From: an uncultured Rickettsiales bacterium
GTDB lineage: Bacteria > Pseudomonadota > Alphaproteobacteria > Rickettsiales > SXRF01
DNA: 64,000 nucleotides
NCBI GenBank assembly: GCA_964535825.1
Contig: CAZHUC010000005.1
Location: forward strand, 102,229 to 166,228
Direction of reading: 5' to 3'
Shown here: piece by piece, positions 1 through 9,732 of the stretch
Layout of the letters: every line of letters starts with the position of its first letter
How positions within the stretch are numbered: the stretch's first letter is position 1
Notes under the pieces: model-generated
The model's database searches: none
The model's input: the letters and a program-made list of their open reading frames with translations, nothing else
Told to the model about the DNA's origin: nothing
Translations under genes and position numbers: made by a program

Positions 1-633
1 CAGGCGCAACTCCTTGAAAAGGTGCATGAACTCAACAGTAATCCACAGGTGCATGGCATACTCGTGCAACTGCCGCTGCCGAAGCATATTAATGAAGATG
101 CCATCATCAATGCCATCTCGCCGGATAAGGATGTGGATGGTTTCCATGTGATCAATGCTGGCCGCCTTGCTACGGGTCAGGAAGCATTCGTTCCGTGCAC
201 GCCACTGGGCTGTTTGATGCTGCTTAAAGATACGCTTGGTAACCTTGCGGGCAAACATGCCGTTGTTATCGGAAGGTCTAATATCGTGGGCAAACCCATG
301 GCGGCACTGCTGCTCAAAGAAAGTTGCACCGTTACCATCGCCCATTCCAAAACGGCGAATCTGCCTGATGTGGTTAAACTTGCCGATATCGTGGTAGCTG
401 CCGTTGGCCGCCCAGAGATGGTTAAAGGCGAATGGCTTAAAGCAGGTGCGGTCGTCATCGATGTGGGGATAAATCGGCTAACCATGCCAGATGGCAAGAC
501 AAAACTGGTGGGTGATGTGGATTATGCAAGCTGCCAGAAGGTGGCATCTGCCATTACCCCTGTGCCGGGTGGGGTCGGCCCCATGACCATTGCCTGCCTG
601 CTGGAAAACACGCTAAGAGCCGCAAATAAATAG
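1..633 (+). CDS. folD: Bifunctional methylene-THF dehydrogenase / methenyl-THF cyclohydrolase FolD (5' end lies left of window)
   Basis: Frame 1 is open from nt 1 to TAG 631-633. Translation has FolD signatures: [46 protein letters not shown]. Confidence 0.9.
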   Translation, partial: QAQLLEKVHELNSNPQVHGILVQLPLPKHINEDAIINAISPDKDVDGFHVINAGRLATGQEAFVPCTPLGCLMLLKDTLGNLAGKHAVVIGRSNIVGKPMAALLLKESCTVTIAHSKTANLPDVVKLADIVVAAVGRPEMVKGEWLKAGAVVIDVGINRLTMPDGKTKLVGDVDYASCQKVASAITPVPGGVGPMTIACLLENTLRAANK

Positions 634-728
634 ATAAATCAGTTAATTATCGTATTTCATGATACCGTAATATTTCAATAACTCTAATATGTTATGCTAG
701 CTCATTCGCTTAAACAAACGAGGATATT

Positions 729-1091
729 ATGAAAAATACCCATGTTGAGAAAAACCTCCCTAATGCTGTGATACCGATCATTACCGAATACAACAAAAAG
801 GTTGCTGTACGGGATGCAGAGCATAGCGCGCAGACTCCAACACAAGTAGATTGGACAGATCTGGCACGCGCCGCGGTGACACTGGGCAAGGCAGGTGATG
901 CAACAGATCAGACGCCATATCTTCAGGAAGTAATGGCAGCTAAACGCGCAATCAAGGAAACGCTGGGAATGCCAACATATATTGATGAAAGATTGCTGAA
1001 CGAATTCGCTGCCGATGTTGCCACCGCAGTGGACAGCAGACTCGCAGCGACTGTTTCCACGCGTGATACAGGCCCTGCTCAGCGAGGCTAG
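729..1091 (+). CDS. Hypothetical protein, 120 aa, no family recognised
   Basis: ATG ORF preceded by GAGGA, after an A+T-rich spacer. Its stop overlaps the stop of convergent mltG. No motif recognised. Confidence 0.4.
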   Translation: MKNTHVEKNLPNAVIPIITEYNKKVAVRDAEHSAQTPTQVDWTDLARAAVTLGKAGDATDQTPYLQEVMAAKRAIKETLGMPTYIDERLLNEFAADVATAVDSRLAATVSTRDTGPAQRG

Positions 1092-2083
1092 GGTTTTGGC
1101 TCTTTCTTTTGCTCACTGAGCACTTTGCGGTATTGCTTTACGAATGCGTTGTGCTGCGCGAGTGTTTCCGAAAAATGATGGCCGCCATTGCCGGTAGCCA
1201 CGAAATAGAACTCCTTCGTATCAGGCGGATTTAATACTGCGGCGATCGCTGCACGCCCCGGGTTAGCAATGGGTGCTGGCGGCAAGCCAGCCACCACATA
1301 GGTGTTATAAGGTGAATTATGTTGCAGGTCTTTCAGCGTAAGCGCTCTTTTTAACGGGCCTTTTTCTTTTTCTACACCATATGCTACCGTTGGATCTGAT
1401 TGCAGCTTCATGCCTTTATTCAAACGATTGATGAACACCGCTGCCACGCGCGGGCGTTCATCTGCCACGCCAGTTTCTTTCTCCACGATTGATGCCAGTA
1501 TCACCGCTTCTTCCACAGTGCGAATAGGCAGATTCGCCTTGCGCTTCGGCCAAAGCTCAGTAAGCACTGCCTGCATGGAAGCCTGCATGCGCTCAATGAT
1601 GAGTTGGCGTGAATCGCCGTAAGTAAAATGGTAGGTTTCAGGCAGCAAGAAACCTTCCTTCAGCCCTTCCGGCACACCGCCTTCAAGCATTCTTTCTTTT
1701 GAGAGCAGCTCTTTTATCTGCGGCACGGTCAGGCCTTCAGGCACAGTAATTTTGTGCACCACCACGCGGCCTTCGGCGATCATATCCATCACCAGCCGCG
1801 GGCTGATACCTGCGGTGAATGCATATTCACCCGCCTTGAATTTGCGGCCATCACCGGTTGCGGCTGCGATCGCTTTAAATAACCATGGGTGGCGGATAAC
1901 ACCTTTTTCCGCCATGTGATCAACGATGGCGCGAAAACCCATGCCTTTTTTGAAAAAAACGTTGCTTGGCTCAGAAAGCGGCCCGGCGGCGCTGTAATAA
2001 TAGCCGGTGTAGAACACAACGGATGCACCAATGATAGATAGTATAATGAAAATGCTGAAAATCTTCTTTCCAGCGATGCGCAT
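1088..2083 (-). CDS. mltG: Endolytic murein transglycosylase MltG (YceG family)
   Basis: 331 aa with an N-terminal membrane anchor and a YceG-like body (ILASIVEKE, LQSDPTVAYG, NTYVVAGLPPAPIANPG). Immediately downstream of fabF, the usual position. Confidence 0.85.
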   Translation of the reverse strand: MRIAGKKIFSIFIILSIIGASVVFYTGYYYSAAGPLSEPSNVFFKKGMGFRAIVDHMAEKGVIRHPWLFKAIAAATGDGRKFKAGEYAFTAGISPRLVMDMIAEGRVVVHKITVPEGLTVPQIKELLSKERMLEGGVPEGLKEGFLLPETYHFTYGDSRQLIIERMQASMQAVLTELWPKRKANLPIRTVEEAVILASIVEKETGVADERPRVAAVFINRLNKGMKLQSDPTVAYGVEKEKGPLKRALTLKDLQHNSPYNTYVVAGLPPAPIANPGRAAIAAVLNPPDTKEFYFVATGNGGHHFSETLAQHNAFVKQYRKVLSEQKKEPKP

Positions 2084-3339
2084 CAGACGCGCTTGAATAC
2101 TACGGAAGCGTTCGTGCCCCCGAACCCGAACGAGTTGGACAGTGCAGCATCCACTTTGCGCTGTTTCGCGGTATGCGGTACGAGGTCTATATCGCAGCCT
2201 TCGGATGGATCATCGAGATTCAGCGTTGGCGGCACGGTGTTGTGCACAATGGAAAGTACTGCAAATGCTGCCTCTACCGCACCCGCTGCACCGAGCAGAT
2301 GGCCGATGGCTGATTTGGTAGAAGACATAGAAAGTTTATTCGCTGCATCACCGAACAGGCGCTTTACCGCACCAAGTTCGATCTCATCACCCAGTGGAGT
2401 GGATGTGCCGTGTGCATTCACATAATCAATATCTGATGGGTTAAGATTCGCACGTTTCAATGCTGCCTGCATGGCGCGGAAACCACCGTCGCCCCCTGGG
2501 GCTGGCGCTGTAATGTGATACGCATCACCAGAAAGACCATAACCCACGATCTCAGCATAAATTTTTGCGCCGCGTTTTTTCGCGTGTTCATATTCTTCGA
2601 GTACAAGGATACCAGCGCCCTCACCCATCACGAAACCGTCGCGGCCCTTATCCCACGGGCGGGATGCTTTTTCCGGTGTATCATTATAAGAAGTAGAAAG
2701 TGCTCGCGCCGCAGCAAATCCTGCAAGGCCGATGCGACAGATAGTTGCTTCCGCACCACCCGCCACCATGATATCGGCATCGCCGAACTGGATAAGGCGT
2801 GATGCATCACCAATGGCGTGTGCACCAGTGGAACATGCGGTCACTACCGAATGGTTCGGGCCTTTGAAGCCGTATTTGATAGAGATCTGGCCAGACGCCA
2901 GATTGATAAGGCACGCCGGAATGAAGAACGGGCTCACACGGCGCGGGCCTTTTTCTTTCATCATCAGCACAGTTTCTTCGATGGCATTCAGGCCACCGAT
3001 ACCAGAACCGATCATGACGCCGGTGCGCAGTTTTTCTTCATCGCTCAAGGAAGCGATACCTGCATCTTCCACTGCCTCGGTTGCAGCACCAAAAGCAAAA
3101 TGGATGAAGTCATCCATCTTCTTCTGCTCTTTCACCTCAATGTAATTGTCGGCATTGAACTGGCCGGCATCAAGACCGCGCGGCACTTGCCCGGCAATAC
3201 GCGCCGGAATGTCAGATACGTCGATACGGGTGATAGCAGAAAGGCCAGATTTAGAGGCGGTAAGATTATCCCAAGTGGTTTTGACACCGCAACCTAGCGG
3301 TGTAACCAAACCCATACCTGTGATAACGACACGTCTCAT
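2083..3339 (-). CDS. fabF: 3-oxoacyl-ACP synthase II
   Basis: 418 aa with KAS II motifs: VTACSTGAHAIG (active Cys), NAHGTSTPLGD, GHLLGAAG, SNSFGFGGTNA. Confidence 0.95.
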   Translation of the reverse strand: MRRVVITGMGLVTPLGCGVKTTWDNLTASKSGLSAITRIDVSDIPARIAGQVPRGLDAGQFNADNYIEVKEQKKMDDFIHFAFGAATEAVEDAGIASLSDEEKLRTGVMIGSGIGGLNAIEETVLMMKEKGPRRVSPFFIPACLINLASGQISIKYGFKGPNHSVVTACSTGAHAIGDASRLIQFGDADIMVAGGAEATICRIGLAGFAAARALSTSYNDTPEKASRPWDKGRDGFVMGEGAGILVLEEYEHAKKRGAKIYAEIVGYGLSGDAYHITAPAPGGDGGFRAMQAALKRANLNPSDIDYVNAHGTSTPLGDEIELGAVKRLFGDAANKLSMSSTKSAIGHLLGAAGAVEAAFAVLSIVHNTVPPTLNLDDPSEGCDIDLVPHTAKQRKVDAALSNSFGFGGTNASVVFKRV

Positions 3340-3346
3340 AAGGCGC

Positions 3347-3379
3347 TAAAAAAGCAGATGGCCCGGAAATCCGGGCCAT
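3347..3379 (-). terminator. Rho-independent terminator/attenuator between acpP and fabF
   Basis: On the minus strand: 9-bp GC-rich stem ATGGCCCGG/CCGGGCCAT (3358-3379) followed by CTGCTTTTTT. Confidence 0.65.
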
Positions 3380-3391
3380 GCTTGAAAATCA

Positions 3392-3634
3392 TTACGCAGC
3401 TTTTGCGTGGCTTTGGATGTAGTTCACTGCATCCTGAAGGGTCAGGATCTTTTCAGCAGCATCATCAGGGATCTCGATGTTGAATTCTTCTTCAAACGCC
3501 ATAACAAGCTCTACGGTGTCGAGACTGTCTGCGCCCAGGTCATCAATAAAGCTAGCTTCTAAAACTGCTTTGGCTTCATCAACGCCGAGATGTTCAACAA
3601 CAATCTTCTTCACGCGTTCTGCAATATCACTCAT
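3392..3634 (-). CDS. acpP: Acyl carrier protein
   Basis: [13 protein letters not shown] phosphopantetheine-Ser motif. I prefer the MSDIAERV start (ATG 3634, AAGGA 8 nt upstream) over the track start at 3643. Confidence 0.95.
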   Translation of the reverse strand: MSDIAERVKKIVVEHLGVDEAKAVLEASFIDDLGADSLDTVELVMAFEEEFNIEIPDDAAEKILTLQDAVNYIQSHAKAA

Positions 3635-3755
3635 GGTGTTCATCCTTGATAGTTAATAATCTCAACGAGCGGCAGACAATAACCAACCTGCTTAAAACGT
3701 CAAGTGATTGATTGGGGTTAGCATAAGCAGTTTGTTTTGGCTAGAGAAAATCTCC

Positions 3756-4967
3756 CTATTTTGCCTTAATATACTCTGGCCTGACCCCGATACCAACGAT
3801 ACGGCCGATCAGATATTGCGTAAAACCAAGGCTCTGCAACCACCTTAAAAAGGTGGGTACGCGCAGTGGCTTATTCTGAGCCAGGACATTCCTGATCACG
3901 CGTTCCTGCATATTTACCTGTATGAACTGAATCACTTTCATGGGGAATTCGCGGCGTTTCTGCACCGCCGCCAAATGCTGCACACTGAGCATATTCATCT
4001 TAAGTGGTTCAGATAAAATGTTAGCGGCAGCAACAGCATCCTGTACCGCGAGATTCACCCCTACACCGCCGAGCGGCGACATGGCATGCGCAGCATCCCC
4101 GATACATAAGAATCCTTCGCGATACCATTGTTCCAAGCGGTCTACTTTAACGGTTAGCAGCTTCACATCATCCCACGATCTGATAGCATCCATGCGATCT
4201 GCGAAAAATGGCACGGCCTTGATCATCGCCTGACGGAATACTTCCAGTCCATTCGCTTCAAGCTGCGCCCGCCCGCCTTTGGCGATGACATAACCACACT
4301 GCCAGTAATCACAGCGATCGATCAGCACCACGATCCGTCCTGCTGCAAATTTTCCGGTAAGACCCGAAGGATCGGAAGCGTGGCGTGGAATACTGAACCA
4401 GCACACATCCATCGGCGCACCCATATCTTTTACTGCAAGTTTTGCAACATTGCGCAATACCGAATGCCTGCCATCCGCAGCAACCACGAGATCAGCATTG
4501 ATCGTCGTGATGCCTTCCGGTGTCTGCACGATGACACCAGCAATGCGGCCATTTTCTTCAATGATGCCGCTTGCTTCCGCCTGCATCATCAAACGGAACG
4601 ATGGATAGTGTTTAGCATGGGTGGCAAGGAAATTCAGGAAATCCCACTGCGGCATGAGCGCAATATATGGGCAGCGCACAGGCAACTTGCTGAGGTTGGC
4701 TATGGTGAGAGGTTCGTCCTCTACATATCCGGTGAGTGTATAGACTTTCTGGTGCGGGCATATAAGGAATTCCTCGAGCAGCCCAAGCTCATGCATGATC
4801 TCAAGTGTTGATGGATGAATGGTATCGCCACGAAAGTCACGGAAGAAATCGGCGTGCTTTTCCAGCACAACAACATCAACCCCGCTACGCGCCAACAAAA
4901 ACCCCAACATCATTCCGGCGGGCCCGCCACCGGCTATCACGCATTGGGTTTTTATGTCGTCCCTCAT
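3756..4967 (-). CDS. FAD-dependent monooxygenase/oxidoreductase (UbiH/PHBH-like fold)
   Basis: 403 aa with GGGPAGMMLG dinucleotide-binding motif, DGRHS, and GDAAHAMSPLGGVGVNLAVQDA FAD-contact motif. Confidence 0.8.
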   Translation of the reverse strand: MRDDIKTQCVIAGGGPAGMMLGFLLARSGVDVVVLEKHADFFRDFRGDTIHPSTLEIMHELGLLEEFLICPHQKVYTLTGYVEDEPLTIANLSKLPVRCPYIALMPQWDFLNFLATHAKHYPSFRLMMQAEASGIIEENGRIAGVIVQTPEGITTINADLVVAADGRHSVLRNVAKLAVKDMGAPMDVCWFSIPRHASDPSGLTGKFAAGRIVVLIDRCDYWQCGYVIAKGGRAQLEANGLEVFRQAMIKAVPFFADRMDAIRSWDDVKLLTVKVDRLEQWYREGFLCIGDAAHAMSPLGGVGVNLAVQDAVAAANILSEPLKMNMLSVQHLAAVQKRREFPMKVIQFIQVNMQERVIRNVLAQNKPLRVPTFLRWLQSLGFTQYLIGRIVGIGVRPEYIKAK

Positions 4968-4969
4968 GG

Positions 4970-5704
4970 CTACGCCATGAACATCCCGCCGTTGATGTGC
5001 AGCGTCTGACCGGTAATGTAAGCCGCTTCATCGCTCGCTAGATATAATGCACCGGCAGCAATTTCATTGGCATTGCCCATGCGGCCAAGCGGGATGTTAT
5101 TATTGATCTTTGCCTTCTGGTCATCGGTGAGTATCTCGGTCATGCTGGTGGCAATGAATCCGGGTGCGATACAATTTACCGTGATGCCACGGGATGCGAT
5201 TTCCTGTGCGAAGGATTTTGCCATGCCGGTTAAGCCTGCTTTGGAAGCACAATAATTCGCCTGCCCGGGGTTACCCGTCCAGCCAACTACAGAAGTAATG
5301 TAGATAATGCGGCCATGCCTGCGCTTCATCATGCCCTTCATAGCAGCACGCGTTAAACGGAAACTTGCAGTGAGATTTACGTCAATTACCTGTTGCCATT
5401 CGTCATCTTTCATGCGCATGGAAATGTTATCACGCGTCACACCGGCATTGCAGATGAGGATATCAAGACCGCCGAGTTTTTCTTCAGCTTCCTTGATGAG
5501 GTTCTCTACCGTGTCCAGCTGTGACAAATTGCAGGCGATGGGAATGCTGCCAGAAAATTTTGCTGCTGCAGCTTGCAGTTTTTCTGCATTGCTGCCGGAA
5601 ATGGCGATGGCTGCGCCCGCATCATGCAGTGCCTTGGCGATCTCGCCGCCAATGCCGCCGCTTGCGCCGGTGATGAGTGCTTTTTTACCTGTGAGTGAGA
5701 ACAT
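4970..5704 (-). CDS. fabG: 3-oxoacyl-ACP reductase
   Basis: TGASGGIG, NAG, YCASKAG catalytic motif. Start trimmed to MFSLTGKKALITG (ATG 5702-5704 checked). Confidence 0.9.
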   Translation of the reverse strand: MFSLTGKKALITGASGGIGGEIAKALHDAGAAIAISGSNAEKLQAAAAKFSGSIPIACNLSQLDTVENLIKEAEEKLGGLDILICNAGVTRDNISMRMKDDEWQQVIDVNLTASFRLTRAAMKGMMKRRHGRIIYITSVVGWTGNPGQANYCASKAGLTGMAKSFAQEIASRGITVNCIAPGFIATSMTEILTDDQKAKINNNIPLGRMGNANEIAAGALYLASDEAAYITGQTLHINGGMFMA

Positions 5705-5720
5705 AGATACCCCTTCTGCC

Positions 5721-5740
5721 ATTCCTGTGAAAGCAGGAAT
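5721..5740. repeat. Short palindromic hairpin ATTCCTG-TGAAAG-CAGGAAT, 17 nt upstream of fabG
   Basis: Perfect 7-bp inverted repeat with 6-nt loop, flanked by ..GCC and CCAAC... It has the same architecture as the 48.6-kb and 56.7-kb hairpins. Confidence 0.35.
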
Positions 5741-5820
5741 CCAACTGAATAAACAATGTGGATTTTATGAATCAGATGCGCGCACAGGTCAAGCCCGTGC
5801 GTAAGAGGTAAGATTATCGG

Positions 5821-6219
5821 CTACGCGCGGCCATCACGAGAAACACCTGCGCTCGGTGCAAGGCGCGCCCTGAAACCAGGCGTATCAGGGCCACCGCGTG
5901 GATATTCCGAAGGCTCGCCAATAGCAGCAACTGCCTTCGCATGAGCTGCCTCAAAATCCTGCACGGTCTTACCCAGTGCGGTCAATACCGCTGAGCCATG
6001 CACAGCTTCTGTTGCCTCTTGAACTACAACATATGAGCCTAAATTCCCGGCAAGGACTCTAATATAACGATTAGCGTACTCAAGCGCTTCGCTTGGACGT
6101 GCGTCCAACCGCGTCAACATGTCATTAGGAAATGCTCTCACTTCCAACACATTGGTATCTTCTATAACATGGGCGTTGATCTTTAAGCCGTTATGCTCTT
6201 GGGATGCAGTATGAGCCAT
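5821..6219 (-). CDS. Hypothetical protein, 132 aa, no family recognised
   Basis: ATG ORF filling the fabD-fabG gap on the same strand. No motif recognised. Confidence 0.4.
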   Translation of the reverse strand: MAHTASQEHNGLKINAHVIEDTNVLEVRAFPNDMLTRLDARPSEALEYANRYIRVLAGNLGSYVVVQEATEAVHGSAVLTALGKTVQDFEAAHAKAVAAIGEPSEYPRGGPDTPGFRARLAPSAGVSRDGRA

Positions 6220-6302
6220 GCGTTGGTTCTTTCTTATTGGTTAGGTCACCAACTAATAATAGCCAAACGATAAATGCACGCTCGTTAAGATTTGATGACA
6301 CA

Positions 6303-7244
6303 TCACGCAGCTTTGATAAAGGCTTCTAAATCCTGAGGATTTCCCACATTCATGCTCACCATTTCTGGCGCGTTGCGCTTGTTGAGGCCAGAAAGAACCT
6401 TGCCCGCACCGATCTCAATGGTGCAGGTAACGCCCTGATTCCACAGATACTCAATGGATTCACGCCAGCGCACCACACCGGTCACCTGATCGACCAATAA
6501 CTGGCGCAGCACTTCCGGGTTGCTTTCTGCTTTTGCCGTCACGTTCGCCACCACCGGCACGCATGGAGCAGAAAATGCTGCAGCAGCCAGCGCTTCTGCC
6601 ATCACGCCAGAGGCCGGTGCCATGAGTGCACAATGAAACGGTGCGCTTACATCAAGGAGTATCGCACGCTTGATGCCTTTGGCTTTAGCAACGTCAATGG
6701 CGCGGTCGATCGCTGCTTTTGCACCACTTATCACCACCTGACCTGCGGCGTTATCATTCGCCACCGAACACACATCGCCCTGCGCTGCTTCTTTAGCCAC
6801 TTCTTCTGCCTGCGAAAAATCCGCACCGATAAGCGCGGCCATCGCGCCTTGCCCTTTAGGTACGGCTTGCTGCATGGCTTTACCGCGCAGGCGCAACAAA
6901 CGCGCTGTATCGGTAAGGCTTAAGCTACCCACCGCACATAATGCTGAGTATTCACCCAGTGAGTGACCGGCCACGAACGCAGCTTGCGCCTTTACATCGA
7001 ACCCCTGCTCTTTTTGCAGCACACGCAGCACCGCCATGGAGGTCGCCATGATGGCCGGCTGGGCATTCTCGGTTGAAGTCAGGGTCTCTTGCGGACCTTC
7101 AAAGATAATGGCGGAGAGTTTTTCACCAAGGGCAGCATCCACCTCCTCAAACACCTCGCGGGCACTAGCGAACTGGGCGGCAAGATCCTTACCCATACCT
7201 ACGATCTGTGACCCCTGCCCGGGGAAAAGCAGTGCTTTTTTCAT
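6303..7244 (-). CDS. fabD: Malonyl-CoA:ACP transacylase
   Basis: FPGQGSQ and GHSLGEYSA motifs. Start trimmed to MKKALLFPGQGSQ (ATG 7242-7244 checked). Confidence 0.9.
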   Translation of the reverse strand: MKKALLFPGQGSQIVGMGKDLAAQFASAREVFEEVDAALGEKLSAIIFEGPQETLTSTENAQPAIMATSMAVLRVLQKEQGFDVKAQAAFVAGHSLGEYSALCAVGSLSLTDTARLLRLRGKAMQQAVPKGQGAMAALIGADFSQAEEVAKEAAQGDVCSVANDNAAGQVVISGAKAAIDRAIDVAKAKGIKRAILLDVSAPFHCALMAPASGVMAEALAAAAFSAPCVPVVANVTAKAESNPEVLRQLLVDQVTGVVRWRESIEYLWNQGVTCTIEIGAGKVLSGLNKRNAPEMVSMNVGNPQDLEAFIKAA

Positions 7245-7378
7245 GTGCTGTCCTTTATTAGTTGATTGATTGTCCATAAGATTCTGTTTAAGAGGCCGTT
7301 TTTGTAGCCCAGATGGCGGGTTTTGGCAACAATTCCGCTTGCAATAAGGCAGAAAATGACTATTAGTTATAGCCCTTT

Positions 7379-7387
7379 TTATCCACA
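7379..7387 (+). promoter_or_regulatory. Perfect DnaA-box 9-mer TTATCCACA, 51 nt upstream of rpsF
   Basis: Exact match to the consensus DnaA box. Extended context TTTTATCCACAGGC is identical to the copy at 40417-40430. Confidence 0.45.
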
Positions 7388-7437
7388 GGCAACCGTCTGA
7401 GATAAAATATAATTATGTTTCAGGAGTTTATAACATT

Positions 7438-7833
7438 ATGGCTTTATACGAAAGTACATTCATCACCCGTCAGGATCTGTCACGTCAGGACGTGTCTAAG
7501 ATCGCTGATGCACTCGGTGCGATCATCGAGCAGGGCGGTGGCAAGATCGTAAAGAACGAGTATTGGGGTCTCAAGAACCTCGCCTACAAAATCAACAAGC
7601 ACCGCAAAGGGCATTACAACATGCTCGCGATCGATGCGCCTCCAGCTGCGCTGAACGAAATGCAGCGTAACATGCGCATCAATGAAGATATCGTGCGTAC
7701 GTTGACCATCCGCGTAGATGCCATTGAAGAAGGCCCGTCTGTGCAGATGCAACAGGCTCGTGGCCGTGATGATTATGCACCAGCAGAAGCAGATGTTGTT
7801 GAAGCCGTAGTAACCGATGAGGCATTGAACTGA
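7438..7833 (+). CDS. rpsF: 30S ribosomal protein S6
   Basis: [13 protein letters not shown]..., [14 protein letters not shown]. Followed directly by rpsR. Confidence 0.95.
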   Translation: MALYESTFITRQDLSRQDVSKIADALGAIIEQGGGKIVKNEYWGLKNLAYKINKHRKGHYNMLAIDAPPAALNEMQRNMRINEDIVRTLTIRVDAIEEGPSVQMQQARGRDDYAPAEADVVEAVVTDEALN

Positions 7834-7834
7834 T

Positions 7835-8098
7835 ATGAGAGAGAACACCCAAAGAACCCAGGACGCAGGCGCTGGCCGCAAAGTATTCTTCCGCCGCAAG
7901 AAAACCTGCCCGCTTACCGGCAATAACGCACCAAAGATCGACTACAAGGATGTGAAACTGCTTTCGCGCTTTGTGTCTGAGCGTGGCAAGATCCTGCCAT
8001 CACGCATCACATCTGTGTGCCACAAAAAACAGCGCGCCCTTACTACCGCCATCAAACAGGCGCGTAATCTTGCACTGCTTCCCTTCGTAACGAAGTAA
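7835..8098 (+). CDS. rpsR: 30S ribosomal protein S18
   Basis: [35 protein letters not shown]. Confidence 0.95.
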   Translation: MRENTQRTQDAGAGRKVFFRRKKTCPLTGNNAPKIDYKDVKLLSRFVSERGKILPSRITSVCHKKQRALTTAIKQARNLALLPFVTK

Positions 8099-8121
8099 TC
8101 AGTCGGCACAAAGACTTGTTT

Positions 8122-8165
8122 AAGGCCTCCGGTTTATGATACACCGGAGGCCTTATTATTTTGTG
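8122..8165 (+). terminator. Rho-independent terminator after rpsR
   Basis: 11-bp stem AAGGCCTCCGG/CCGGAGGCCTT (8122-8154) followed by ATTATTTTGTG. Confidence 0.65.
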
Positions 8166-8168
8166 CGT

Positions 8169-9101
8169 ATGGTATCAAAACCTAACCTCATTGCTGCGTT
8201 GTTACCTGGCCTGATATCGGCAGGCGTGTTCCTGCTTATCATTGCGATCGGCCTGGGTTTTCCGTTCCTGTTCCTGTCTTTACTGCCTATTTTCTCAGCC
8301 GGTCTTGGCAAGAGTCCTCGCCTTGCGCTGGAAGCCGCCGCGGTGGCGTCTGGCCTCATTGCCCTGCTCACCAGCGCCATACCGCTGGGCATCATGTTCT
8401 TTGTATTTTTAGGATTGCCTGCATGGCTTTTCTCAAGCCTTGCCATGCGGGCATTGCGCTTCGGTGAATATACGGCGTGGTATCCGGTTGGGAATATCAT
8501 GGCCCAGCTCAGTCTCTATGCCTGCGCACTGATCTGCCTTACCGCACTCTATTACCTTCCTGAGGAAGGAGGCATCAGTAACGTTATCAATCAACATATC
8601 CGTGCAAGCTTTGCCAACATGCCCGAGTATGCGGATATGGTGGACATGCTGGCCGAACAATGGAATTTCCTGCTATTTTCCATGCTGGCATGGATGTGGG
8701 CTATCGTGCTTTATGGTCATGCATGGCTTGCCAACCGGCAACTAAAGCAAAAAGACAAAGCCGTGCGTCAAACCCTTGCCATACATGTATTCGTCATGCC
8801 CGGCTGGGTGCTGTACTTCCTGCTGGTGGCCGCACTCGCATCCATGATCGGCAGCGAATCCATGCAGTTCACCGGAAAATCCTGCTTTATCACCCTGCTT
8901 TTGCCCTATTTTTTCCTTGGTATAGCGGTGATGCACCGCACATGCGCCGACTGGCCAAATAAGAAATTTTTCTTGTTTTTCATATATTTAATGATAATAA
9001 GTCAGGTCTGGATGATGGCAATTGTCGCCGCGGTTGGGTTTGTGAACCACCTGATGCAGATCAATAAACGCTTGTCTTCCGGCCAGATTTCCCCTAAATA
9101 G
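8169..9101 (+). CDS. Polytopic inner-membrane protein (DUF2232-like by position and topology, from memory)
   Basis: About 8 hydrophobic helices. Start trimmed to MVSKPNLIAALL (ATG 8169) because the track N-terminus runs through the rpsR terminator. A membrane gene between rpsR and rplI is typical of Alphaproteobacteria. Confidence 0.55.
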   Translation: MVSKPNLIAALLPGLISAGVFLLIIAIGLGFPFLFLSLLPIFSAGLGKSPRLALEAAAVASGLIALLTSAIPLGIMFFVFLGLPAWLFSSLAMRALRFGEYTAWYPVGNIMAQLSLYACALICLTALYYLPEEGGISNVINQHIRASFANMPEYADMVDMLAEQWNFLLFSMLAWMWAIVLYGHAWLANRQLKQKDKAVRQTLAIHVFVMPGWVLYFLLVAALASMIGSESMQFTGKSCFITLLLPYFFLGIAVMHRTCADWPNKKFFLFFIYLMIISQVWMMAIVAAVGFVNHLMQINKRLSSGQISPK

Positions 9102-9164
9102 GCAGTCCTTTTTCTGTTAAACCCTAACCTCTTTTTGCTATAGCAAGAGAACTGGAGAATTGTC

Positions 9165-9623
9165 ATGGAAGTGATTTTGTTAGAACGTATCGCCCGCCTT
9201 GGTGGCATCGGTGACACTGTAAAAGTAAAGAACGGCTACGCCCGTAATTTCCTTATCCCAATGAAAAAAGCCCTGCGCGCCTCTGAAGCCAACAAAAAGG
9301 TCTTCGAAGCACGCCGTGCAGAAATCGAAAAACTGAACGCTGAGAACAAAGCAGCAGCTGAAGCGATCGCAGCAAAACTGTCCGGCAAAGCCATTAATCT
9401 GGTGCGTCAAGCGAGCCAGGAAGGCAAGCTCTACGGTTCTGTTACCGTGCGTGACATCGCAGAAGCACTGAAAGATATGGGTCAGGATATTCCTAAGAGC
9501 CAGATCGTTATGCTCACTGCTATCAAGAATACCGGTGAATACAATGTTCGCGTCAACCTGCATGCGGAAGTGATTGTAACCGTTGCAGTAAATGTGACCC
9601 GCCTCGAAGTGGAAGCGGCGTAA
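9165..9623 (+). CDS. rplI: 50S ribosomal protein L9
   Basis: MEVILLERI..LG..GDTVKVKNGYARNFLIP. Confidence 0.95.
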   Translation: MEVILLERIARLGGIGDTVKVKNGYARNFLIPMKKALRASEANKKVFEARRAEIEKLNAENKAAAEAIAAKLSGKAINLVRQASQEGKLYGSVTVRDIAEALKDMGQDIPKSQIVMLTAIKNTGEYNVRVNLHAEVIVTVAVNVTRLEVEAA

Positions 9624-9647
9624 CTTACGGTTATTGCATTCAAGATC

Positions 9648-9685
9648 ATGGGGTGGGAGGAAACTTCCGCCCCATTTTATTTTAC
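9648..9685 (+). terminator. Rho-independent terminator after rplI
   Basis: ATGGGGTGGGAGG-AAA-CTTCCGCCCCAT stem (two G.U pairs) followed by TTTTATTTTA. Confidence 0.65.
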
Positions 9686-9732
9686 GCTGCTCCGCGCTTG
9701 CCCGCCCATTTAAACCCTGTTAGTTTGAGTGG

